64,000 nucleotides of DNA, taken from contig JBGAIQ010000003.1 of the NCBI GenBank assembly GCA_044225365.1, forward strand, positions 160,001-224,000, written 5' to 3'. The position numbers and the translations under genes are program-made. This DNA is from Planctomycetota bacterium. Its GTDB lineage: Bacteria > Planctomycetota > B15-G4 > JADJEK01. This document shows, one piece after another, positions 42,001 through 52,900 of this stretch (position 1 is its first letter; each line of letters opens with the position of its first letter). Under the pieces are notes generated by a model. The model was not told where the DNA came from. It did not search any database and worked only from the letters and a program-made list of their open reading frames with translations.

Positions 42001-45000
42001 GCGATCGCGATGGAGGGCGAGCACCAGGTCCGGCTCGAATGGAAGGACGCGGGCGGCCTCTCGCATCGCCAGACCGTCTCGACCCTCGCACGCGCGATGC
42101 ACGAGAGCGACGGGATGCGAATCCTGCCGCCCGGCGCGGATCCGCTGCCGGGATCGACGATTCCCCTGCGCGTCCTCTGGCCGTTCGAATCGGAGAGAGC
42201 GCTGATCGCCGTGTTCGGCACGAAGCTCGAGCGCGCGAACCTCGTGAAGCTCGAACGGGGAGTCAACACGATCGAGGTCGCCCTGCCGAAGGACGATATC
42301 GATCGCGTCTCGATCGAACTGCGCGCGCTCGAACGCGACGAGTTCGCGTCGACGACGATCGGATTCGCCTCGGCGTTGAACGTCGCTCTCGATCTGCCGC
42401 AACGCACCACGAACCCCGGGGCGCTCATCGACGCGACGATCCACACGAGCCACGGCGGAGCGGGCGAACCCGCGGCGCTCTTCGTGCTGCTCGACGAGGA
42501 GTCGCGCGCGACGGACTTCGCCTCGCAGCTCATGAGGAACGCGATGAAACTGCGGGAGCGCGCTCTACCGCAGGTCCCGCTCGTCACGGCGACGAGCGGC
42601 GGCCTCGACGTGCCGAGCGTCGTCGAGGCGATCGATCCGCTGATCGCGGAGGCGCTCGCGCAGATCGAGCGCGCGGCGAGCGATCCGAGCGCGGCGGTGA
42701 TGGTGGACCGCTTGAGAGTCCAGGACCTTGTGAAAGAAGGAAGGACCGGCGGCGGGGCAGGCGGACCGAGCTCGCAGTCAGGTGCCGGGCACGCGTTCGG
42801 CGCAGGTGGCCGCGTGGCACGCAAGCAGCAGGCGGTCCTCCGGACCTTCGTCCCCGGACCGCTCCTCGTGCAGACCGATCTCGCGACGGACGCCGCGGGG
42901 AACGCCAAGCTCTCGATCTCTCCCCCCGAAGCTCCCGGTCGCTACGCGCTCGTCGTCCTCGCGCTCGGCAAGGACGGGTCGCTCGCGATCGATACGAAGC
43001 GCTTCACGCACGATCCGAGCCTCGAGGCGAGGCTCTCCGCGATTTCGCCGTCCGCCGCCCCGAGTGGGAGCGGGAAACCGAAGGCCCACGTCCGGGTCGG
43101 TCGCCGCGATCGCGGCAACGGCGCCGTGACGCTCTCCGTCGTGGCCCAGGACCTGGCGGGAACTCCCCCGCTCGTGCTCCAGTCCCTCGAGGTTCCACCG
43201 CTGCTCGCTGCGGAGATCGACCTCGAGTTCTCGCCGCCCTCCGCACTCGCGCCCCGCGGCTACGTGCTGGGAGTCGGGGACTCGCTCACTCGTCTCTTCC
43301 CACCGAGCGAGTCGCTCCCGACGAATTCAGACTTCGCGATCCGGTATGGCGCGCCGCTCGTCCTCGACGACGCCGCGCGCGGTGAGGTCGGCTCGCGCCC
43401 GCTCACGTTCTTCGCGTCGCCGATCGGCGCGCTCTTCCACTACGAGCCCGATCTGCTCGACACGGCCTTCGATTCCGCCGCGTGGCGACTCTATGCGACT
43501 TCGCAGGCCGTGATCCTCGCGAAGGGACGAAAGGCGGGCGCCTTCGACGCCGCGACGATCACGAAGTTCGAAGAAGCTCGCGATGTCGCTCTCGCGCATC
43601 TCCTCGCCAGCTTCGCCGTGACCGATCCGAGCCTGCGCAACGAGGGCTATCTCGCACGACTCCCGCTCTACGTGCTCGCGCTCGCCGTTGCGAAGACCTC
43701 CGGGGTCGACCCCGAGCATCTCGGCAACTTCGATTCGTCGGTCGTCATCCTCGAGACGTCGCTCGCGACGACCCCTGCACCGAAGCGCCGCGCCCTTCCG
43801 CTCTACGCGCTCACTCTCGCCGGTGCCTCGTCGTTCGAGCGCCTCAATCGCCTCGTGCGCGATGCGGATCAACTCTCGGCGCGCGAGCTCGCGCTGCTCG
43901 TACTCACATTGCGGGCCGAGGAGCGGGACGGCGATGTCGCGCCGATCGTCGCGAGGCTCGTCGCCGCGCTCGGCAAGAACGACGCCCTCGTCTCCCTCAC
44001 CCCCGCGGGCGAAGCGCTCGGAACCGAGCGGGAGGTCGCCGCATTGATCGCGCTCGCGATCGCGAAGGACGATGCCAACGCCCGAGCCCTCGCGGCGCGG
44101 GCGCTCGAGACGACTCCGCAGGGCGAAGCCGGCGGCGCCATCCCCCTTGCTCTCGTCTCGCTCGCCGCCAACGTCGACACCTCGACGCTGATGCTGCGAC
44201 GCGGCAATTTCGAACGCGCGATCCCATTCGCTTCGGAAGGCGCCCTGGGAGTCGCGACGATCGACCTCGCGAGCCTTGGCCTGCCGGCCGGAGCCGTATC
44301 GTTCGAGGCGAAGAACGCCGACGGCACTCCGGGCCTCGTCGTCGCTCGGATGCCCGCCCCGCCGCGCGCCCAACCCGAGGCGGCGGATGTCGCCTTCCTT
44401 CGCTCCTTTCATCGCAGCAGCGCGGTGCGCAAGGGCGAGTCGAGCGCGATCGGGACCGCTGCGCTCGGCGGCGCTTTCGCGGGCGACGAGGGTCGGATCT
44501 CGAAGCTCGGCCTCGACCGCACGTATCACGTGACACTCCGCCTCTCGTTCGCGAAGCCCTCCGCGATCGAGAACGGGACGACGTGGATCTTCGAGCCGGA
44601 TCTCCCGAGTCTCGAGATGGTGCGAGGTTCGCTGCAGGGCGCCGTCGACGTCGTGGTCACGCCGACCGGACGATGGCTGCGGATCGACGGCATTTCGCCC
44701 GACTCGCCGGCACGAGGCGTGATGTACGACGTGATCGCTCGCGCGCCGGGCTCGTTCGAATCGGGCATTGTCCTTCAGAAGTCCGCCGTCGCGGGGCCGT
44801 ACTTCGTCGTGAAGGGCGATCGCGAGAAGTACGAGATCACGGCGGACGAGGCCGACGCCGACGTGCCCGCGACGTTCGACGAGCGGCTCACCTTCGGCGT
44901 GAGCGCCGAGAAGGCGGGCCGGCACGACGACGCGATCGCGTGGTTGAAGCCGTTGCTCGACGCCCAGCTCGATCGCGGAACGAACGATCCCGCGCTCTTC

Positions 45001-46623
45001 TCGGTGTTGCGCACGATGCTCCACGCGTCGCTCGCGCTCGGCAAGGACGGCGAGATCGTGCGGCTCTTCGAGATCGCGAAGGAGCGCATTCCGGACGACG
45101 TCCTCGGATTCCCGCAGATGGACCGCGTCGCAAAGGCTTACGCCACGATCAAGGAGACCGAGCGAGCGCAGCAGGTGCTCGCCGCGATCGCGGACTCGTT
45201 GTTCCTCCAGGAAGCGCGGGTCACCGGGCGACTCGAGTCCCTCGGCAACGAGAAGGAGAGCGTCGCGATCGTGCAGCGGCTCCTCGCCGAGTACGACGCC
45301 TCCCCGACGGTCATCGAGACCACGATCGCACTCGGCCAACACGCGTACTCGAAGGCGATCGATCCGAAGACACCCGAACCAAGGGCCACGCGCGATCCAT
45401 CGTCGCGAGTCCTCGACCGCGAGGAATGGCTCGAGGTGGGTTCGCGCGCACTCGAGGACTGTGCCGTGAAGGCGCCGGCGGCCGAATCGATGGACGAAGT
45501 CGTGCTCACGCTCGCGAACCTGCGACTCGAGCAGAAGCGGTTCGAATCGGCGATCGCTCTCTCCAGGTCGGCACAGTCGCGCTTCAAGACACCCGCTTTC
45601 AAGGCGACCTGGCCCTACGTGATGGCGTTCGCCTCGTTCGCGCAGCGAGACCTCGAGGGTGTCATCGCGAACTCGCAAGCGATCGTCGATGCGGCAGCGC
45701 AGAAGGACGCGGTCCCCGCCACCATTGCCCTCGGTCCGTTCGGGAATCACATGCTCGCACAGGCGTGGCACGCAAAGGGCGACCTCGCAAAGGCACGCGG
45801 GTACTACCAGCTCGTGAAGGACAAGTTCGAGGACGCACAGCTCGTGCTCGCTCAACTCGATCGCACCGCGTTCACGTCACCACTCATCGTGTTCGCCGGC
45901 AGCGGCGACCGCGTCGTCGTGCCGCTCGACCGGCGCGGAACGCAGGGCGCGATCGAGACGTCCGTGTACCCGATCGACCTCCGGCTGTTGTACTTGAAGC
46001 GTCGCGGCTTCGACTCGCTCTCGACGGTCGAACTCTCCGGCGTGGCGCCGTTGAAGCGGCTCTCGGTGGAGCCGGTCCACAACCCCGCCGCGGACTACCC
46101 GGAACGACTCGAACTCGAGTCGCCCGGGGTCGGCGCCTATCTCGTGGTGATGCGCAGTGGCGACCTCGCGACGCGGACGCTTGCGGTCGTCTCCGACATC
46201 ACGATCGAAGTGACGCCGAAGGCGGGAGGCGCCCGGGTCAACGTCTACGACCGTGCGACCCACGCGCCGAAGCCGGATGCGCTCGTGACCTTCGTGGGAT
46301 CCAATGGCGGGTCGTTCGTCACGGCCAAATCGGACCTCCGAGGGATCGCGGCCGCCAGCGGACTCGAGGGTCGCCTCGCGGTCATCGCCCAGCTCGGCGG
46401 TCATTACGCGTTCCATCAGAGTGAGGACGACCTGCCGGCGACCCCGGAGTCGAACGCCGCGAACGAAGCCGCGCGAAAGGACGCGCAGCAGGAGCTCGGG
46501 ATGGAGATCGAGAACCAGGCGGCCGATCAGCTCCTCGAGCTGCGACAACGCCGCGAGGAGACGTACAAGTCCAACACCAATCGCGTCCAGCAGGGAGTGG
46601 AAGTCAAGCGCACGAAGCGTTGA
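39010..46623 (+). CDS. Giant (2537 aa) secreted TPR + alpha-2-macroglobulin-like protein
   Basis: Signal peptide; TPR arrays; MG2-like VDRTMARPGDTVTYTGFVRD; A2M-like LRTFVPG...DLATDAAGNAKLSISPPEAPGRYALVVLA; helical TED-like region. Confidence 0.75.
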   Translation: MHSSTRCGRVIAFVCTLAFLSGPVLARQAPSKPTDPIAIAKEAFTRGDFAAARTALDALASKDPADAEILLLRAQALIAQREFPAALSDVDRALATSSGPARTKLEFVRARVLIELGRLDDALATTRSAVDRLREPGRRQELVKPWIDAAKARLEPDPKATELERAAFKPDYATAKDLLEAGKSTGALGALATEVDLLILRCLDAGAADARARLSAARTFLKDHAEGSDASPAIRAEVLFILGRAELAMKDVAAARATARTLTKIEPPDEKGKFGKVLWLLIATTDLAVPEIFDSSHRIREAIAALVAIDPSGLEAEIARQTLASSFATIPELRGEAVAVLDVARAARPNSENAATIELAIDDLLVANGDVNAAVDRLEKFLAGRPLDDAGRDVLRRIEKNLEAEAERLFQVAGRTPEGAERTEALEAARAAYVRLMQRFPARDDLAKDLFAVAEIEGKLEHIDAALLGYAEIEKRFPTRPEVALSRLAALRILADVKHDYAGCLARIDRLMASPPVDSEIIALREDILRQVLEVKAKRVFRKGETPLVEIESRNVDKVTVALYRVNLKDFFLATGSIDIVGDLDVSLIKPDREFALVTKGATGDAHAPSKLEVKLDDPKDVLAPGEAIIVAARSGSLDARTLAMCSDLSLAVVRTGTELRSLAVDRASGEIVADAVLRIADDHHLLPVGAPLTRDTTGPRLEMLVAAQSGLATVRTTVTPDAMPKTAMKGFLVVDRTMARPGDTVTYTGFVRDAEGAPRAEPAIVRVVEVDRAEIARFSIAPEPGGRIHGTFRVDPAWPGPHVLRFDLLPGERIGESPLASDNLEIEPLGAEPAITSIEPTADHLFQGEPALFFVRRRETDGRPRENEEVWYRVGNEEPRSGRTDALGRLPIEVTAEETTDRTILSLAAGTAADVVNFDEPLHTHAANGIEVSGDPPAEILAGDSLALGLRLVDELGEGVAGRIDWTLLRVRPIGDQKVGSGSVTLGADGRGKLAIAIAMEGEHQVRLEWKDAGGLSHRQTVSTLARAMHESDGMRILPPGADPLPGSTIPLRVLWPFESERALIAVFGTKLERANLVKLERGVNTIEVALPKDDIDRVSIELRALERDEFASTTIGFASALNVALDLPQRTTNPGALIDATIHTSHGGAGEPAALFVLLDEESRATDFASQLMRNAMKLRERALPQVPLVTATSGGLDVPSVVEAIDPLIAEALAQIERAASDPSAAVMVDRLRVQDLVKEGRTGGGAGGPSSQSGAGHAFGAGGRVARKQQAVLRTFVPGPLLVQTDLATDAAGNAKLSISPPEAPGRYALVVLALGKDGSLAIDTKRFTHDPSLEARLSAISPSAAPSGSGKPKAHVRVGRRDRGNGAVTLSVVAQDLAGTPPLVLQSLEVPPLLAAEIDLEFSPPSALAPRGYVLGVGDSLTRLFPPSESLPTNSDFAIRYGAPLVLDDAARGEVGSRPLTFFASPIGALFHYEPDLLDTAFDSAAWRLYATSQAVILAKGRKAGAFDAATITKFEEARDVALAHLLASFAVTDPSLRNEGYLARLPLYVLALAVAKTSGVDPEHLGNFDSSVVILETSLATTPAPKRRALPLYALTLAGASSFERLNRLVRDADQLSARELALLVLTLRAEERDGDVAPIVARLVAALGKNDALVSLTPAGEALGTEREVAALIALAIAKDDANARALAARALETTPQGEAGGAIPLALVSLAANVDTSTLMLRRGNFERAIPFASEGALGVATIDLASLGLPAGAVSFEAKNADGTPGLVVARMPAPPRAQPEAADVAFLRSFHRSSAVRKGESSAIGTAALGGAFAGDEGRISKLGLDRTYHVTLRLSFAKPSAIENGTTWIFEPDLPSLEMVRGSLQGAVDVVVTPTGRWLRIDGISPDSPARGVMYDVIARAPGSFESGIVLQKSAVAGPYFVVKGDREKYEITADEADADVPATFDERLTFGVSAEKAGRHDDAIAWLKPLLDAQLDRGTNDPALFSVLRTMLHASLALGKDGEIVRLFEIAKERIPDDVLGFPQMDRVAKAYATIKETERAQQVLAAIADSLFLQEARVTGRLESLGNEKESVAIVQRLLAEYDASPTVIETTIALGQHAYSKAIDPKTPEPRATRDPSSRVLDREEWLEVGSRALEDCAVKAPAAESMDEVVLTLANLRLEQKRFESAIALSRSAQSRFKTPAFKATWPYVMAFASFAQRDLEGVIANSQAIVDAAAQKDAVPATIALGPFGNHMLAQAWHAKGDLAKARGYYQLVKDKFEDAQLVLAQLDRTAFTSPLIVFAGSGDRVVVPLDRRGTQGAIETSVYPIDLRLLYLKRRGFDSLSTVELSGVAPLKRLSVEPVHNPAADYPERLELESPGVGAYLVVMRSGDLATRTLAVVSDITIEVTPKAGGARVNVYDRATHAPKPDALVTFVGSNGGSFVTAKSDLRGIAAASGLEGRLAVIAQLGGHYAFHQSEDDLPATPESNAANEAARKDAQQELGMEIENQAADQLLELRQRREETYKSNTNRVQQGVEVKRTKR

Positions 46624-46691
46624 CGAATTCTTTCCCACTGGAGAGAATTAAGACGCATCGATCTTCAATTCGGCGCCGTTCCGAAGGGTGC

Positions 46692-49600
46692 ATGGATCCA
46701 TTCCCTCAAGAGTTCGTCGTCGACCAACTGACGCGCGAAGTCCAACTCGTCCGTTCCATCGCGCGGGCGATCCTGAAGGACGACCACCTCGCCGAAGACG
46801 TGGTGCAGGACACCTATCTCAAGCTGATCGAGAAGCGACGCGACGGCCCGATCGTGATTCAGTGGTTGAAGCGGGTCGCGCGCAATCTGGCGATCGATCG
46901 CCAGCGTTCCGACGCACGCCGCTCGCGCCGGGAGATCGCGGTCGCGCAGTCCGAACTCGAAGTGGGTCGCTCGACGGACGCGGGGCAGGAGTCTGGAAAG
47001 GCGTTCCACTCGATCACGCATGCGATCGCGACGCTCGACGAGCCGTACAAGAAGACGATCGTCGCCCGGTACTTCGAGGGGCTGACCGCGAAGCAGATCG
47101 CAGCGCGGGATGGAGTCGCTCTCGCAACCGTGAGCAGCCGCCAACAACGCGCCCTCGCCCTGCTGCGCGAGAAACTCGCGCTCGAATACCGCGATGACCC
47201 GGGGGCGATGCGGCGCGGACTGATCCTGATCGCAGGGCCGCAGGGTCTCTTCGAGATCCTCACCTCGAGCTGGATCGTGATGAGCGTTGCCACGCGAGCG
47301 CTGTTCCTCGCGGCCGCGCTCGCGGTGGCAACGCTCTGCATCACGCTTCCCATCCTGTCCGGGGGACCCGAGGACCCAGGCTCCTCGATCGCAGCGGCCT
47401 CCTCGACGCTCGACGCGCAGACCGGGGCGTCGGAATCCCTCCCCGGTCCCCCGCCCTCTGACGGTACTGACGTCGATCGTTCGAAACTGTCGGCGAACGG
47501 CGGGTCGCTCGATGTGCTGGCGGTGCTGCGTGCCCACGTGGTGAGTCCGGACGGAGCGCCGGCGGCTGGACTTCGCGTCCGGCTGCACGGGTTCGACGCG
47601 AATGAGGCGCGCGCAGCGCAGTCCCCGCCCGTTTCGAACTGGCAAGACCTCGAGACGACGACGAACGAAGCCGGCGACTTCGAGATCCAATTCGATCCGC
47701 CTGCGGCGTATCAATTCGTACTCGCGGTCGAGGAGAAGACCGCGGACGGCGGTTTGGCGAATGCGCTCGCCGAGTATCGCTGGAATTGGATGCATAAGGA
47801 TTCCCCGAGGGACCTCGGGGTCGTGGCGCTCCCGCAGACCGTGGCGATCCATGGTCGCATCGTGGATTCGATGGGAAACCCGGCCGTCGGCCCGCAGACG
47901 GTGCACATCGAGTACCTCGCCCCCCAAAGGTCCGATGGACGCACGAGTCCCGCGCGGCAGATCCGTGTCGATCCGGCGACCGGCGAGTTCCGCGACGAGC
48001 ACGTGGCGATCGGATCCGCCCGAATCTACGCGGAGCGCAGCGATCCAATGGGAATCTCGGGTGAAGACTCCTCGGGAACACGCACGACCCTCACGCGAGC
48101 GATCGAGATCCTCCAAAGCGAGATGGCGCCGCTCGAACTCCCCTACGTGCCCGCGGAGGCCACGGCGACCGCCTTCCAATCCCATCGCATCCGGGTGGTC
48201 CTGCGAAACCCCGGATTCGAACGGCTCGGACCACTGCCTCAGCCGGCGGCCGGATCGTTGTTCGTCACCAGTCCTTCGCTGCCAGGACCGATGACTCTGC
48301 TGCCGCCGCAAGGTCAAGTCGGGCGGCCTCGACCGCAATGGACGACGGACGTTCTTCCGAGCGGCGCCGCGTACTCCATCGAGCTGAACGACCCGAACTT
48401 CGAGAATCGAACGACGACCGGGATCGCATTGGGGCAAATGGTCGAGATCCCGTTGCTCGGAAAGTCGGCGATCCACTTGTCGGTCCACGATGCCGCCACC
48501 GGGGTCGCCGTTGCGAACTACTCCGCGTTCCTGCGCTACCCTGGCGGACCGATCGATGGCCGGGCGATCGATCTCGTCGGCCGCGGCAATTCCCCGCCCG
48601 CGGACGGAATCTTCGGCAAGCTCTTCGCCGGCTCCTACATCTTGCGCGTCGAAGCGCCGCACCTCGCGCCGAAGGAGATCTCGATCGACGCGCTCGCGGT
48701 CCATGAAACGCGATCCATCGAGGTCGCCCTTTCCCGCGGCGCCAAGATCCACGGCAGCGTGCGGGTGTCGAAGACTGCGATTCCTGATGTCACGGTCAAT
48801 CTGCATTCGGCCGTCGAGAGCGGACCCACGGCGTATCAGAGATCGATGGGAGATCCCGCGCTTCGCGTACTCACGACCGCCGCGGACGGCAGCTTCGAGT
48901 TCGATGCCCTGGCCGCGGGGCCCTATCGGGTCGAAGCCGTTCTGAACGACGAGGTCCGATCCCCATCGAAGACCGTCGTCCTCGAAAGCGAAGACCAGGA
49001 CGTCGCGCTGGCCCTCGAACTGCCGCGGACGGGATCTCTCCGTGGAACCGTTCGAAATCCGGATGGCACTCGAGCGAGCCTGCCTGGCGCGATCGTCGTG
49101 GCCAGGTCGAAGGCAGCCTCCGCGGCGGATCCGGCAGGCGCTCAGCACCTGCCAGTTCGTCGCGAGGGATCGCGTCCCGCCAAATGCGAGCTTGGAGCCG
49201 ATGGCAGCTTCTTCTTGCCCGCGCTTCCCATCGGCGGCGAGAATGACTTCGACATCTATTTGCTCTTGCCCCCGATCGCGACCGACGAGGGCATCGGGTC
49301 CACCGAGCCCGACCCCCTCGTGCTCGGAGCGGCAACGATCCCGAGCGAGAACGAGGTCGAGCAAGACTTCACGATCCCCCAACTCGCCCCCGGGGTGAGT
49401 TCCATCGACGTCCGCGTCGACGGTGCGCCGGCCGCTGAATGCACCGCCCTCCTCTACCCCTTCGATCCACCGAGTCCGGGCACCGACGTGGTCGGAAGCA
49501 CTCGACTGGACTCGGCTGGAACGGGAACGTTCATCGCTCGCCACGGGGTCGCGCGCCTGATCGTGCGGAATTCGACCTCCACGCTCATTGCCGTCTCGCA

Positions 49601-49913
49601 CGAACCCGTCGACATCCTCGCGGGATCGCACACCCATCGTTCCATCGAGCTGACGACGATCGCGGGATCGATCGTCGTCCTCGACGCCGGAACCCGCCGC
49701 CCGCGCATCGGTGCCTCCGTGTCGCTTCGCCTCGGCAGCGAATCGACGGGCAGCGCGCAGACCGACGCGACGGGTCGACTCGACCTTCGCTTGTCCGCCG
49801 GGACGTACCACGTGTCGATTCCGGGCGACCTACGGGATCCAAACTCCTCGTTCCGCACGGACATCACCTGGCCGCCGAGCTCCACCGACCCGATCGAGAT
49901 CCTCGTCGACTGA
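46692..49913 (+). CDS. ECF sigma-70 factor fused to TM and carboxypeptidase-regulatory-like repeats
   Basis: LAEDVVQDTY, ARNLAID, LDEPYK...RYFEGL, ATVSSRQQRAL; TM; TTAADGSFEFDALAAGPYRV repeats. Confidence 0.87.
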   Translation: MDPFPQEFVVDQLTREVQLVRSIARAILKDDHLAEDVVQDTYLKLIEKRRDGPIVIQWLKRVARNLAIDRQRSDARRSRREIAVAQSELEVGRSTDAGQESGKAFHSITHAIATLDEPYKKTIVARYFEGLTAKQIAARDGVALATVSSRQQRALALLREKLALEYRDDPGAMRRGLILIAGPQGLFEILTSSWIVMSVATRALFLAAALAVATLCITLPILSGGPEDPGSSIAAASSTLDAQTGASESLPGPPPSDGTDVDRSKLSANGGSLDVLAVLRAHVVSPDGAPAAGLRVRLHGFDANEARAAQSPPVSNWQDLETTTNEAGDFEIQFDPPAAYQFVLAVEEKTADGGLANALAEYRWNWMHKDSPRDLGVVALPQTVAIHGRIVDSMGNPAVGPQTVHIEYLAPQRSDGRTSPARQIRVDPATGEFRDEHVAIGSARIYAERSDPMGISGEDSSGTRTTLTRAIEILQSEMAPLELPYVPAEATATAFQSHRIRVVLRNPGFERLGPLPQPAAGSLFVTSPSLPGPMTLLPPQGQVGRPRPQWTTDVLPSGAAYSIELNDPNFENRTTTGIALGQMVEIPLLGKSAIHLSVHDAATGVAVANYSAFLRYPGGPIDGRAIDLVGRGNSPPADGIFGKLFAGSYILRVEAPHLAPKEISIDALAVHETRSIEVALSRGAKIHGSVRVSKTAIPDVTVNLHSAVESGPTAYQRSMGDPALRVLTTAADGSFEFDALAAGPYRVEAVLNDEVRSPSKTVVLESEDQDVALALELPRTGSLRGTVRNPDGTRASLPGAIVVARSKAASAADPAGAQHLPVRREGSRPAKCELGADGSFFLPALPIGGENDFDIYLLLPPIATDEGIGSTEPDPLVLGAATIPSENEVEQDFTIPQLAPGVSSIDVRVDGAPAAECTALLYPFDPPSPGTDVVGSTRLDSAGTGTFIARHGVARLIVRNSTSTLIAVSHEPVDILAGSHTHRSIELTTIAGSIVVLDAGTRRPRIGASVSLRLGSESTGSAQTDATGRLDLRLSAGTYHVSIPGDLRDPNSSFRTDITWPPSSTDPIEILVD

Positions 49914-49994
49914 TCGCCCGCGGGGGTAGACGTATCGAACGTCCGCGCGAAATCCGCGCCACCGATCCCGTCTCGGCGGCGTTGTGATGGGCGC

Positions 49995-52900
49995 ATGGAA
50001 GCCGACTCCCAGGACTCCCAGATCGATCGCGACGCATCGGAGCCGCTCGTCGAGCGCTTGCGTGGCGAGGCGCACCTCATCCGCTCGATCGCGCGGGCGA
50101 TCCTCCACGACGCGCATCTCGCCGACGACGTCGTTCAGGACGCCTACGCGAAGGCCCTCGCGCAGCCGGGCGGGATCCCGGTCGTTCGCTCCTTCGTCGC
50201 CGCGCTGGCTCGCAATCTCGCTCTCGATCGGCGCCGCCGCGAGCTGCGGCGGCAGACGCGAGAGCTCAGGGTAGCCCGGCCCGACATCGCGACGAACGAG
50301 CGATCCTATCGCGCGCTCACGCTCGCCGTGCTCGCCCTCGACGAGCCGTATCGGCGCACGATCCTCGCGCGCTACTTCGACGACCTGTCGCCGCGGGTGA
50401 TCGCCGCGAAGGAAGGCGCCCCGATCGCGACCGTGAAGAGCCGGCTGCATCGAGGCCTCGAGCAACTGCGCGAGAAGCTCCTCGACGAGACGGGCGAATA
50501 CGGCGGCGACCGCGACGCGATGCTTCGCGGCCTCGCGATGCTCGCGGCGCCGCGTGGAATCCTTGAATCACTCACCGTAGGGAGTCGCTCGATGTCCGTC
50601 ACTTCGATCGTGCTGAAGACCTTGGCCGCAAGCATCGTGATCGCGCTCGCGACACTCACATTGCGTCCCGCGTTCTTCTCGGCCCATTCGGACGCGGCCG
50701 TCGCGAATGCTCCGCCGGTCGCGCCCGTGGTGACCGTGGCGAGCCCGCCGGCCCCCGATCCCGCGCCCGTGAACCTCGTGGCCACGCGCGAGGAAGTCGC
50801 ATCGTCGCAGACCGCACCCGCGGCGACGCTCGCGACGATCCGCGGACGCATCGAGCTTCCATCGGGCGCGCCGGCGGTGGGTTCGAAACTGAAGCTCCAC
50901 GGCTTCGGCGCGAATCAGGAGCGAGTGATCCGATTCGGCCGACCCAAGGACTGGAAGGATCTCGAAGCGATCACCGACGCCGACGGCCGATTCGAAATAC
51001 GGTTCTCGCCGCCGGGCGCCTTCCAATTCGCTCTCACCGCCGAGACGGAGCACGAGTCGAACCTCGGTTGGCGCTGGTCCTCGATCGACGCCGGCGCGGT
51101 GAAGGACGTGAAGAACGCGCGACTGCCTGCGTCCGGCGGCGTCACGGGCCGGGTCAGGAACCGCGAAGGGAAACTGCCGGCAGGCCACTGGCTCGTCCAG
51201 ATCTGGAGCCGCTACAAGACGCAGGGCGACGGCGGCGACGCGACACGGATGTACGTCGCGCCCGATGCGACGACGGGCGAGTTCCGCTTCGAAGCCGTGC
51301 CGGCGGGCCCGGCCGAGATGTTCGCGAGCTCGATCGATCGCGACGGCAACAAGAAATCGCAGGAGTACGAGATCGACGTGACGGCGGCGAAGATCCTGCA
51401 GCAGGACATCGCGTACGACGCTCCCGATGGCGAGTCGCGACGAATCCGCGTCGATCCCGTGAATCGCGCTGTCCCCGAGTTCGTGAAGCTCGCCGCGGGC
51501 TCGCTCCAGCTCGTCGGGAAGGATGGAGCGAAAAAGGTCGCCGTCGCGGATCCGAAGCGCTTCGACGCCTGGACCTTCGAGGAGGTCGAGCCCGGCGACT
51601 ACTCGCTCGAACTCAACGACCCGAACTTCGAGCCCTATCGCAAGACGGACGTGCATCCGGGCCAGACGATCCGCATTCCGGTCGTCGGGTCCTCGGGCGT
51701 TCGCCTCGACGTGACGCGGCCCGACGGGAGCGCGATCGCCGACTATCACGCCATCGCGAGGATCCAGGATCCGGGCATCGGAAGCCCCAAGTTCGAGTTC
51801 CGAGCGCGGGACGTTCCCGCGCCGGCGGACTCGACGTATCGCGGTTTCGTCGCGAACACCTATCTGCTCACGATCGAGGTCGAGGGCTCGCCGCCGGCCC
51901 ACGTCCGCGTCGCGGATCTGAAGCCGAGCGAGATCCGCAAGGTCGCCGTGACGATCCATCCGGGATCGCTGCTGAAGGGAAGAGTCCTCGACGGCAAGGA
52001 GACGCTCGCCGGCGTGGCGATCGACCTCGTCGATCTCGTCGCCATGTCCCCGCCCTCCGATCTCCATGACGGGAACGACGAAGCGATCGCCCATCACCGG
52101 ACGCGATCGGACGCGAACGGAAGCTTCGTGCTCGGACCGCTGCCGCCCGGCCGCTACGAGATCGAGGCGGTGCGGAATCGCGAAGTGCGCACCGCGAAGA
52201 CCGTGATCGAGATCGGCGCGAACGGCAGCGAAGGCAAGGACGTGACGATCGATCTCTCGATGCCCTCGAGCGGGCGCCTGCGCGGACGCGTGCAGACGAA
52301 GGAGGGTACGCCCCTTGCCCTCGAAGGCCTCAGCGTGGCGGTTTCAACGGGAGGGCGGATCGATCCGTTCGACGACGACGTGCGCGCGCCGCTCGATGCG
52401 AGCGGTCGCTTCGCGATCTCTCCCGCGCCGAGCGGGAAGTGCGACGTCTGGCTCGTCCTGCCGCCGGTCACGGTTCCGTTCTTAGGGGACGATTGGCATT
52501 TCACGGAAATGGCGAAGTGCGGCGTCCTGCCGATGCATATCGGCCGCGCGGAGGTGACCGCCGCGCAGACCGATGCCGAGCCCACGTTCACCCTCGAAGA
52601 GCCCGCCCCGGGCGCGCTCGATGTCGCAGTCGCGATCGATGGCAAACCCGCGGCCGGTTTCGCCGCGCTGCTCTACCCCGCGCCGGACGTGACCGACGGG
52701 CCCTCGCCGCTCGCCGCGGTCGTCCTCGACGCGAACGGCAAGGGTCGCCTCGGTCCCGCGCGTCCAGGGGTTGGCGATCTGCTGATCCAGATCGGCAAGA
52801 ACCAAGTGCTGGCAGCCTCCGTGGAGCCGGTCCGCATCGCGTCCGGGACGAACTCGCAACGCTTCGATCTCGTTCCCCAGGACGCGGAGATCGTCTTCAC

